In this document: positions 38,488 to 50,017 of the stretch, in pieces
How the letters are laid out: every line of letters begins with the position of its first letter
Position numbering within the stretch: the stretch's first letter is position 1
Assembly (NCBI GenBank): GCA_043228905.1
Contig: JBHGNT010000002.1
Location: forward strand, 5,084,001 to 5,148,000
Source of the DNA: Azolla caroliniana
Taxonomy: Eukaryota; Plantae; Polypodiophyta
Length of the DNA: 64,000 nt
Reading direction: 5' to 3'
Made by a program: the position numbers and the translations under genes
Notes under the pieces: generated by a model
The model's database searches: none
What the model was told of the DNA's origin: nothing
Seen by the model: the letters and a program-made list of their open reading frames with translations, nothing else

Positions 38488-40970
38488 CTAGCCAGAGGGA
38501 GTTAGTTGTGGTGGTTGATGAAAGAACTTGTGATTGAGACGCATGAGAGGCCCAGGAAGCTTCAAGCCAATCGTTCGATATGGGCTCTTCTCATAAAAGA
38601 CTTGAACATCTTCTGACATATGGCGGTTCAAGTTTTCATCTCCGAGTTCGGGTATAGGATTCCCTCTCCTCTTCCCCTTCGCCACTATCAAGGTTGGGTG
38701 GCGTACCAACATCCTATACATTGTTGCAATGGCCAAACCTAGCCCTAAGGAAACCATCATGATCATCGGATATAATGGTAATAAGTCTTTTGACACGAAG
38801 GATGCCCTGGCAAAAACACACATGAAGAAAGTGTTAAAAACTGGAACCCTAAAGGAGAACGTTAAATTCGAGTTTTACTCAATCCTCAATTCTATGTAAC
38901 TTAACTTAATATCTTTTCAAGCACCGACAACGTACATATTTCACAATTCCATGATTGTTTCATTGTGTATTGCTCAAGAATATCGACCACTTTCTAAATA
39001 AATTAAGGTTTCCACCTCCCATTTTACAGTACAAATTGCTGTTAGCACCACAATTTTCAAGAAGAAATCATATATAAAGCCAAAATTTCAAGAACAAATT
39101 CATTTTGCTTATTTTATTACGCATTATGTAAGATCCAAATGGGTATGAGAAGCTAAATCAAAGGTATAATCAAGCGGGCAAACCTTTGGAATTGACCACG
39201 TTGGTGCAAGAACTCTCCAGGTCCTTCACCAGGTGGACGCTTTTTCAGGGACTCTCGCTCTATCTCACTATTAGACAAGCAATGTGTGTCGGCATGCAAC
39301 CTTTGATTCTTAGATAGTGTCGCGAATGGTCGACATGGGTACTTCACAGAGTATTCCACCCTTGTAGTAAGAGGAGTCATGCTGCTGGCCACCATTTTAA
39401 GCGAACGCCACCCAAGTAAAAACCTCTATTATAAACAAACAAGAAATATGTCTTATATTACCAAATAAAATTATTCATTTTCAGAGTAACAGAATTATTA
39501 ACACTTCAATTTAGCATTTTATAGGGGGGGAGACTGAGCTAGCCATAAAAGGATTATTAACACCACTGACAGGGGATATGAAATGCTTATTTATTCATAA
39601 TACCAAAAAAATTTGTTCATTTTCAAAAGAGCAGAATTATTAACATGTCAATTTAGTATTTTATAGGGGAGAGACTGAGATAGACATAAAAGGATTATTA
39701 ACACCACTGACAAGGGATATGAAATGCTTAATTATTCATTGAATCCCATATTACTATAATTTTCATATTCCCATATTGGCATAATTTTCGTAGAAGTGTT
39801 TAAACAATTGGATGATTATTTCAATTGGTTAATCCATTCAACAGAGAGAGATGGATCAGTTCCTCATCTAAATGGTTAAGGACTGCAGTATTTAGTTTTT
39901 TCACAACCATATTGCTATAATTTTCATATTCCCATATTTGCACAATTTTAACTACAAAATTTTGGAACATTTTCCTTAGCCCTTATTCTGAAGTAGCTCC
40001 TAATCCTTTAGTAGACACAATAGGCAAGAAAAATATATATTAATCCAGCTTCTCTGCATGAAACATATGTGGACCTCTACCAATCCTGCATTTCATTCAA
40101 TAGGGCAGTTTCCAAATCTTGAATATGAACTCTAAAACAAACCCGATCCTCTATACATTGATAGATACACATATGTGTGAAACCTTCCATTCAAACATTG
40201 ACACTCAAAAGTTTTTTAAACTGCTCTAAATGATCCCTCTTTACTCATATATAGATGGGAAAAATCAAAAGATAAAAAGAGGATAAAACCTTCAGATTGT
40301 AAAATTTTCATACTCCATCAACTTTGATTATAGATCCACTTTATAAATGCTTGTGATGAATTATGAACATTCTTACAATTTTCATTAATGCTACATCTTT
40401 CCAAAAGGAAAGATGAAATTTGTGTCATTTTGTCTACTCTAGATCATTTCCACTTATTTATACATAGTTTGACTTTATTAAGACTCCACAATCCAATACT
40501 TACAGCATTGGTTCCAAATTTGAATATGGAACCTCAAACTTTTCCACTTACACACACTCTTACGTCTCAATACTTTTTGCAACTTGGGAAATTTAAAATG
40601 GTTTTTTTAAGACTGAAGTAAAACTTTAAAACGAGTACATAAAGAAAAAAGAAACCGAGTTAAAAATTAAAAGAACAGTCGAGATAATAAGAAAGATTGT
40701 TTTTTAGCTCTACATATATGTATGGATAAATTTTCTATGTAAAGAACGGAACAGAGCATAAAGAACTTTAGAGAAGAAGATGAAGAAGATGAAGAAGAAG
40801 AGAACTCCATATATAGAGAGAGAGATAAAAGATTTCTTTTTCTTTCTAACTAAAAAGAGCCCACAAATACAGAGATTAATAGTGTGTCTGAGAGAGGATT
40901 TAATTCACGATGGAGAGGTTTTTCAAAACAGTCTGGACCAAAAAAGGAGAAAGGAAAGACATACCTTCAT
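38488..40970 (-). CDS. B12D/NDUFA4-like mitochondrial membrane protein, ~188 aa; exons 40970-40965, 39425-39184, 38806-38488
   Basis: Last exon has DLLPLYPMIMMVSLGLGLAIATMYRMLVRHPTLIVAKGKRR...PE...FYEKSPYR, a B12D-like TM helix and P-x-V-x-K-R motif. Phase-2 junction 39184/38806 is in frame. The N-terminus MKRFLLGWRSLK...RPFAT resembles a presequence. The 6-nt first coding exon is less certain. Confidence 0.7.
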
Positions 40971-41495
40971 GGTTCGAAGAGAAAGAAAGGGAAACACAGA
41001 ACAAGGTGAATGGATGCTTGGAACTTTCTTCTTGCTTTCAAGAGAAAAGATCGACACAGAGAAAGACACAAAGACAAGAGAACCCAGAACAGGCAGAATC
41101 TGGATTTATGTATGTATGTATGTATACATCAAATCCATCCATGTGGGGGGGTTTTCAAGGATTAATCATTAAACAGAAGAAGATGAGTTGGCATCCATGC
41201 ATAGACACCACACCGACTGACATCCATTTGATGATGACACATACCTGCCTGCCTTCCTTCCAAAAACAGAGTAATTCCTTCCAAAAACAGAGTACATCTT
41301 CCAATAGAACCCTCACTTAGATCTCCAAGAGTTGGGTTCTCACTAGTAAAGTTTAGGGTTTAGGGTTTAGGTATTGTATCTAGGCCTTGGGTTCGAGACC
41401 TAGTCTCCATACATATCCCGTTAATTTACTACTAGTCGCCATACATATCCTATTAATCTACTACCAGTCTCCATACATATCCTGTCAATTTACTA

Positions 41496-42375
41496 TAGAT
41501 GGCAATGTGTACGGGTTGAACCCACAACCTGCTAGTCTCCATTGTACAACCTTATGAACTAAGGTACTCCTTATTGTAATTAGCTTACCCTAGTAGATGG
41601 TACTCTAGTGTGTACGGGTTGACCCCACAACCTGCTGGTCTCCATTGTACAACCTTATGAACTAAGGTACTCCTTATTGTAATTAGCTTACCCTAGTAGA
41701 TGGTACTCTAGTGTGTACGGGTTGACCCCACAACCTGCTGGTCTCCATTGTACAACCTTATGAACTAAGGTACTCTTTATTGTAATATTAGCTTACCCTA
41801 GTAGATGGCAATGTGTACGAGTTGAACCCACGACCCGCTGGTCTCGATTGGACAACCATATGAACTAAGGTACTCTTTATTGTAATATTAGCTTACCCTA
41901 GTAGATGGCAATGTGTACGAGTTGAACCCACGATCTGTTGGTCTCCATTGGACAACCTTATGAACTAAGGTACTCTTTATTATAATATTAGCTTACCCTA
42001 ATGGTAAGTTGTTATAGTGCAAGCAGTGTGTCTTGGGTTGAAACCTCATTTTCTCACCTCTCTATTGCATTATAGATATCTCTTAATACACTAGATGCTA
42101 TTGTGGAATGTAAGGATTGAACCCATGACCTCCTAGTCTCCATTGGGCAACCTTATCGATTGAGGTATATCCGTTCTCTCTTTCTTTCTCTTTTTCTTGT
42201 AATTACCTACTGATAAGTTGTTACACTACAAGTGTTACATTTTGGGTTCAAAACCCAATTTCCTCACCCATATTTTAATTCACTAGATACTATTGTGGAA
42301 TATAGGGGTCCAATGGCCAAACCCATGACCTCCTAGTCTCCATTAGGCAACCTTACCAACAATGCTACATCCATC
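41496..42375. repeat. Tandem array (5 x ~100 bp) plus two diverged copies of a tRNA-like/SINE-like unit
   Basis: Units start TAGATGG at 41496, 41594, 41697, 41802 and 41902. The minus strand shows a B-box-like GGGTTCAACCC. Related copies at 42090-42170 and 42281-42373. Preceded by a 32-bp x3 repeat (41400-41495) and TTTAGGG x3 (41351-41371). Confidence 0.8.
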
Positions 42376-42465
42376 TAGGCTCTCTCTCTCTCTCTCTTAA
42401 ATATTAATGTATTATTATACAATAATCTTTAATCCAGCTTAGATTGTGGAAAGAATTGAATGTTG

Positions 42466-42514
<49 letters not shown>

Positions 42515-43228
42515 CATTGAGATCATGGCCATGGAAAGGGTTGTTGAATACATGCTTAAGGTTCAAAAAAGTCCCTCACATTGACTTCCTAGAATTGCAT
42601 GGGAAGCAAGCAAAAGGATCCAAAAGACGCATAAAAGCAAATTTTTGTGTTCCGGTTGGATGTAATTGCCTTGTGTTGAGAATTAAGCTCAACTTGGTCT
42701 AGTGTGTGAACTCACCTTGAGAGTGAATAGACACTCCAACGGTCAAGAGTCACGATTATGTCACCTCTTTGTATTCTAGCATTTAGTATGAGTCATAGAA
42801 TCATATTTTATGACACATAACTTATGAGCTTTCACATTCACCATGCTCCATGAGTCTTGTAGTTAATGAAGAGAGAGGGTGACTATATAAAGCACCCTCC
42901 TCCCACCTTGTATTGTGTTGAGTCTTTCTCCTTTGTTAATACAATCTACCTTGCATATTCTCTGTGTTATTCCTTGTCTCTCTCTCTCTCACACACACTC
43001 TCTCTCTTTCATACACACACATAACTCACATCTCTTCCGCTTCACAAGAATCATATCTGATTCTTTACATGGTATCAGATCGATTTGGTAGCTCGATCTA
43101 GCCCATTCGCCTCATCGTGATCGTGTGTTGTGCTCCACGCCGACGACCAAGAACCGGCTCATCGCTATCGTAGCTTCGCTACATAGCTCGCATTTGAAGA
43201 GAGAAGAAGAAGAAGAAGAATCGACATA

Positions 43229-46200
43229 ATGAATACTCAAATGGGGAGCGCTCTCCCTACCGAGAAGTTGGATTGAAACAACTTCTCATCTTGGGAGTAC
43301 AAGATGCACCAATACCTTGTCGGACAAGGCTATTGGAGCTACATCAAAGGAACGCATGAAGACCGACCTGCCGAAGCGGCTCCCGGATACGCGACATGGG
43401 AGCAAGCCGCAAGTCGCGTGATGTATTGCTTGGCGACATGTGTTCATGATCACATGCTCGGCTACATTCGTGAAGCCAAGATGCCGAAGGAGGCATGGGA
43501 GAATCTACGAGAGATTTTTGCGGCGAACACAACTGCAAGAAGGCTTCAACTCTGCCAAGAGTTGAACAACATTCAACAAAGGGACATGTCCATTATGACA
43601 TACACCTCGAAGATCAAGGAGCTTTGCGATTCTCTTGGCTCAATAAGCGTAAATATCGATGATGATGAGATGGTTCAAATATGCCTCGGCGGCCTCGCAC
43701 CACGGTTCGGCGCAATGCGAACCGCCGTTCTAGCACGGGAGAAATCTCCCTCCTTCTTCGAGCTCCAATCAATGCTATTGGTCGAAGAAAACCACGTGCG
43801 TACAAGGAGCAATGAGTCGGAAGGCCACATGCTCTACACGCACTCGAACGGAGGAAGAGGACGCGGATGGTCGAGAGGCCGATTCGGCCAAGGACAAGGC
43901 GGACGAGGTTTGACCTACGATAACAACTCCCAATTTCGGCCGCAAAACGGAAGCCAACGAGGAACCTTCACAAGAAGGGAGAGCTTCCACTCTGGCCCGA
44001 ACTGTCAAAACGCAACCAAATGCGGATATTGCGGAAAGCTCGGCCACCACGAAGAAGAGTGCCGAAAGAAGATGCGTGAATCGGCTTCCACAAGCCGACA
44101 ACTCACGAATTACGCGCACAACTCCGACTACGAAGATCGTGGCGGAATGTTCATGATGAAACATAGAGCAAACTCTATGTCGGCCTCTACCTCAACTAGT
44201 GCCTCCGGTGCGGAAGACGTATGGTTCGTCAATTCCGATGCCTCGAACCATATGACATCGCATCAAGAATGGTTCCGAGAACTTCGAGAACCGGACCGAC
44301 CCAGCTATGTCGAAACCGGAGACGACACTGCGCACCCGATTCGGCACATCAGCAATGTTCCGTTTGGAAAAGAAGGTAAGCAAAATTACATTAAAAATGT
44401 CTTGCATGTACCGACCATTACGAAGAATTTGGTCTCCATCGGCCAAATTGTAGAGCAAGGTATGCAAGTTTGATTTAATCAAGGCGGTTGGTTGCTTCAT
44501 CGAAAAAGAGGGCCAACTCATCGCATGCGGAGGAAGAGAGGGCCGAATGTTCATTCTCGACTCACACGAGATGAAATCGGCCATGTTCGCAAAGGGCATG
44601 AAAGCCGATTCCGACATAGAGTTATGGCACAATCGGATTGGCCATATAAATCTCCAAAAACTCAAAGCAATGAAATTGAAAGGAGTCGTCATCGGACTCC
44701 CAACATTCAAAGAGAAGGAGATTGAAGGTGTATGCGAAGCGTGCCAATTCGACAAGCAACACCGACACCCATTCCCGAAAGAGCGGAACGTGAGCAAAGG
44801 TCTACTCAACGTAGTCCATTCCGACGTATGGGGACCGGCGCAGACGACTACATTCGGCGGATGCTGATATTACGTGCTCTTCATCGACGACTTCTCTAGG
44901 CACACTTGGATCTACCCAATGCGGCAAAAGAGCGAAGTGTTCGGAAACTTCCAAAAATTCAAGAATGAAGTCGAGAAAGCCACGGGCCGACATGTACGAT
45001 GCCTTCGATCGGATGGCGGCAAGGAGTACTTCTCGGACGATTTCACGGCGTATCTCCGAAAGGAAGGAATTCGGCGAGAATTCACCTGTCGACACACTCC
45101 GCAACAAAACGGAGTAGCCAAGCGCAAAAATCGGCTCATCCTCGAAGTAGCGCGGGCCATGATGAATGAGAAGCATATGCCCAAGTCTTATTGGGCCGAA
45201 GCTGCAAATACGGCTGTCTACCTAATGAACCGGTGCACAACATCCGGCGTGCACGAGGTCACTCCGTACGAAAAATACTTTGGAAAGAAGCCAGACTTAT
45301 CGCACACCTGGATATTCGGCGTGATAGCGTACATGCACATCCCCTACGAGAAGCGTCAAAAGCTTGACCCAAAGTCGGAGAAATGTATCCTCGTAGGATA
45401 CTCACTGGAGCAAAAGGGGTACAAGTTCTACAACCCCTCACCTCGAAAATCTCAAGTAAGTCGAGACGTCGTTTTTGACGAGTCCGCATCCTGGTATGCA
45501 CCAAAGACAACTTCGACTCCGACTCCACTTGACCCGGAATCCGCCGAACAAGAGATAGAGGATGAAGATCGCCTTACGCGCATGTTCGAAGAAAGTCCGC
45601 TCACGACCCAACTGAGCGGACCACAAGAGCCTTTGAGCGATCAAAGCACATCACAGCCTAGACCCTAGATGGACAAAGGCAAGGCGAAAATGGCGGAATA
45701 CGCAGATGATTGCTTCGACGACGATGAATCGATTCACTCACTCGACAGTGAGTTCGGCGGCTTCAATGTACCAATCGGAGCTAAGAAAGCCCTCATCTTT
45801 GCAAATGAAAAGCTTCGTCGCTCCGCCCATGAAAAGAATCTGGTCGGCCAGTTCAGCTACAACGACTACATGGCATATCACTATGCCTTTATGATGAAGG
45901 TGGCGACAATACGCGAGCCGGAAACATTTTCCGAAGAAGCCAAGGATCCGCGATGGATCGAAGCCATGAATGAGGAGATGCATGCACTATGCAAGAACGA
46001 GACATGGGATCTCGTTCCCACCTCACCACACAAAAAGGTGATTGGATGTAGATGGATTTACAAAGTGAAGTACAACGCCGACGGTTCCATCAACCGCTAC
46101 AAAGCGCGACTCGTAGCGAAAGGCTACGCACAAACGCACGGAGTTGACTACGAAGAGACCTTTGCCCCGGTGGCAAAGATGATGACGGTACGAACTGTAA

Positions 46201-46257
46201 TTGCGCTTGCCGGCGAAAGGGTGGCACCTCCATCAAATGGATGTCAAGAACACCTTT
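43229..46257 (+). pseudogene. Copia gag-protease-integrase-RT N-terminal part (stops and frameshifts)
   Basis: Zn knuckle CGYCGKLGHHEEEC, WFVNSDASNHM, GAG-pre-integrase WHNRIGH, integrase LRSDGGKEY / TPQQNGVAKRKNR, RT RYKARLVAKGYAQ. Confidence 0.95.
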
Positions 46258-46860
46258 TGTTACCGGTCGGCAAAGGAGTCCAGAGTGGGAAACGGAGAGT
46301 TATTTAAGTAGTAGGAATGTGGTTGTAATTAAGCTATGAGTGTGGACGGACGGACCAAAATCGGTATGTTGTGTTAACTCTTAGGGCCGGACAATGGCCT
46401 AACACAGGGTGTCTACGGAAGACACTTCACCAAAGGGCGTTACGGCAACCGGATTAGACTCAACGCTTAATCTGACTTAATTAAGTTACTTAGCATGATC
46501 GTCTTTCATAATCACACGCGTAAGATATAACAATTAAGACAGAACGACAATTAACATAGAGAGATAACAACGCTAATCTTTTATTAATTAACCGCTATCC
46601 ATTACATTGTATCCGGGCCTTTAAATAGGTTTCCGGTCTGTATTACAAAACGGTGCCATCCGCACCTGTTCGGGATCGGTCCGGATCCGGAACGGCATAC
46701 CGATTCCAGTTCGTCCGTCCACACTCATAGCTTAATTACAACCACATTCCTACTACTTAAATAACTCTCTGTTTCCCACTCTGGACTCCTTTGCCGGCCG
46801 GTAACACATGGCACGCCCATGGGACAGTACCTTGTACATCGAATCCATAACCGACCCTTG

Positions 46861-49647
46861 TTATTCTTCGTCCAAAATATCTAGAATGCTTTGTTCGAGA
46901 GTCTCCAATGGTTCATCTGGAATTGGTTGTCGTTGTTGTTGTTGTTGTTGCTGCTCTGTTGACGTCTGCTGCGACGGGTCCGTTGATGGCTGCTGCGGCT
47001 GCTCCTCCGTTTGTTGCTCTGACACCGGCGTCTCTGTCGTTGCTCCCTTCGTCGTAGTGGTCTCCGGTTGACTGGTTCCGGGCTGGGACTCAGCTGGCGA
47101 CGGTTCCTCATCACTAAGGTTAACTGTTGCCGTTTCCCGTGCTTTTTCTTCTCGAACGCGGGACCGCTCGTAGCTTTCAAACTGGATTTGAGCGTCCAGC
47201 CTATCATCGTCTAGCTGAGCTACGAGCTGCCTGACTTGCGCCAGCTGTTCATCCACCAGGACTTGGAAGTCGTCGGCCAGCTCGTCCCGTATGGCGGTGA
47301 AGTCCTCGGAAGTCAACGTATAACAATCATCTCCTTCTTTCCGCCGGTTTGCCACGTCTGCCCGTAGCAATTGGAGTTCCGCCGCGTTTTGTGCCCACTT
47401 TGTCCACCATCTTACGGAGCTTTCATCAATCAAGTGTTTTGTCTGATTCAGCCATGCCCGGAGGATGGACTGAATCCGGCCCGTTCCTAATTGTGATTTG
47501 GTTTCCGCCGCTTGTCGTTCCTCCTTTAGTTGCTTGATGATTTTTACGTTGTCTTCTGCCTGCGCCTTGTAATGCGTCAATTGCCTTTGATATGTGCTTT
47601 GTAGTTTCTGCAATACTGTTGACGCTCTCTCTTTTTCTTCCTGCTGTTGCCTTTGGAGCTCCATTCGGACCTTCTCCGCCTCGTCCAACCGTCTTGTATT
47701 TTCCGCACGTTCGTCGGCGATCGCCGTCGCGGCCCGATCAACTTCCTGCTGGAGCTCGACCATCCATTCCTTATGCTCCGTTTCCAGCCGTTTGTAGTTC
47801 CTGTGCAGGTGCTCAAAATCATCTGTCTTTTGCTTGAGCCGTGCGTTGATCTGTCGACGGGCCCGGTCCTTGCGGTCCTTCTGCTGGCGGAGCTCTTCCT
47901 TTAGCCGTTCAATTTCCGTTTCCGCCGTCTTCCGCAGCTTGTCCTTTTCCTGCAGCACTTTGTCTTTTTCCTCCTTTAGCCGGTCCTACGCTCGATGGCC
48001 TTTCCGGAGGCTCTCCTCTGCCCGGCGGAGGTTCTCAGAAGTCTTCTTTAATTCGGCTTCGGCCGCTGTCTTCAATTCCCGTTCACGGCTCCTTAGCGCT
48101 TCTTGTGCGGTAAGTTCATCTCTCAATTCCGCAAGCTCCTGGCCTTGCGCCGCATCTCTCACCGGAACGGTTTCCGTTGCCGGGGTCTTATTGGTATGTA
48201 CACGTCGATCCGTTTCTTTATTCTGTACACTTACCGGAGTCACCAGTGATTGGATCTGTGTTGCCGTTAAGGACATTTTGGCCATCTCTGTCGTGACCTG
48301 ATCCAAGTCTTTTTCAAGGCATCGGATTCTGGACCGGGCCGTCTCTAGTTGTTCGGTTGTGACGAGCAACCGTTCGCTTTGCGCTCTTTCTTCCGCCTCA
48401 ATATACCCCACTGCTCCGGCTATCTGTTCGCCTATCCACCGGAGCCACAGGCTACCGGTGCCTTGTTGTGCTTGCACGGAGGTTTGACAGATGGGTTCAC
48501 TTGTAGATGGGTGGTCCCGCTTGGTTGCGCCGAGTTGCAGTTCCGTTTCTGCCCGTGGACCATCCTGCTGTCCTGGTTCGCCTTGCGCTTCTTCTTGGTT
48601 GGCCGAGGGAGGCTGCATTGACCTTTCCGGCTCTGGCGGGATGGGACTTGCCGGTGTTGCCGGTGTTGCCGGGGCTTCTGATTCCGGTGCCATGCGCACC
48701 GGTTCTGGTTCCTTCCTTGGCGTGGGAGTCTCAGTATGGGGAGCCAGTGTTCCCTCTGTCTGAGGGTCCAAACGTTTCCCGACTGCCTCAACGGTCCTTG
48801 CCGACGACCGTCGCTGGAGGTGCTCCGTCAGCTCCTCCTCTATTTCCTCTTCCTGAGTCCCGGCATTGACTTTTTCCGCCAAGGGGTCCGCTTCTCTATT
48901 CACCGGTCGGCGGAGTGTAACCTTTACGGGTTGTGCCGGTGGTTCCTCCTGCGCATCTGTTGGCCGCTTCCGGCTGCCACTCTCCTTTCCCGCTTGTTCT
49001 GCATCTGCCGCCTTTCCCTTAGTGGCCTTAGAGGCCAATAGCTGTTGTCGTTTGGAAGCCGTCTTTGGGGTCCAATCCGCCATTCTTCCTCGCTTCTTGG
49101 GTTGGACGGGTGGCACAAGCAAGGTGAGCCACTGCGTTACGGCGTGCCATATTCTCCGTCCGTCTCGGCCTTCTTTGCCGTCTTTGCCTCTGACGATCTT
49201 GATCGCCGCACACAACCCGTCTGCGATCAATACCGGCCAATCCACCTTGATCCCTTCATAAGTGGCGATGATCATCCCTGCCCGGTTCTACGGCATGACA
49301 GGGGGGGGTCTAGGGTACACGTGGCCGTATTCGTGGAGCACACGAGCAATCTCACGGAACAACATATCTCCGCCGCCTTGTGTCCGGTAGCCCTTGTTGG
49401 CTAGAGAGTACTCACCAAAATACCCGATGAGTTGCTCCGGGGTTGGATTGTCAATCGTGAGTATGCCTCCCTCCGGAAGGCCTGTTAACGCTCGAATCGC
49501 TTCTACCGTTATGACCTCGGTGTCGATTTCCTTGATCACTTTGTCGGCTTCTTTGTGTGGCGGTACTTCCACCATCATCAAGAAGCCCTCGAGCCCGTGT
49601 TGCTTTAGCCATGTCTTGGCGGCTTCCGACAGCGTTTGCGGGTCCAT
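46861..49647 (-). pseudogene. Extra sense ORF of the gypsy element (~929 codons, two in-frame TAG stops): globular N-terminus, Pro/Glu linker, long coiled coil
   Basis: ORFs 49288-49869, 47986-49275 and 46861-47958 share one frame and are separated only by TAG codons. The C-terminal half is E/Q/K/R heptad-rich. Confidence 0.8.
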
Positions 49648-50017
49648 GTCTGTGTCGAGGTCGGATTGCGGTGGTGAGGTTGGATGGTGATGAGAGTGAG
49701 ATTGAGAGAGAGAGAGTTCAGAAGGTGGGGGTTCTCTGTGCGTAGGTTCTCGTCTGATGATCTTGCAGCGTCTTGGTGCTTCTGTGCTCCTGGGTTCGCG
49801 AAAGTAAAGGGTCTCTACGCGCAGTGGTTTTTGTCTGTGCATTCTGGCGCCTTTTTCGAGTGTGTGCATGTCGTGTACTAAAATAGCATTATGTCCTGTG
49901 GTGGCGCTTTAAATGCCCACTACGTACCTTTTTGCTCCTCGCTCTTTCATCCATTCATTCCTCGCTTTTGCATGATTTTTTTTTTTTTTTTTTTAAATAA
50001 TTTAATTTAGTGTGACG

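Noticed and set aside
41496-42000. CRISPR-like regular array
   Set aside because: Whole ~100-bp units are repeated with no unique spacers, the context is eukaryotic and there are no cas genes.
42281-42373. Functional tRNA gene
   Set aside because: A/B-box-like motifs are present, but I could not build a convincing acceptor stem or cloverleaf. Treated as SINE-like.
42520-42668. Short coding-like stretch before the copia 5' LTR
   Set aside because: It reads like an RTE LINE C-terminal scrap (LPRIAWEASKRIQKTHK) with a stop. Too short to annotate confidently, and not a host gene.
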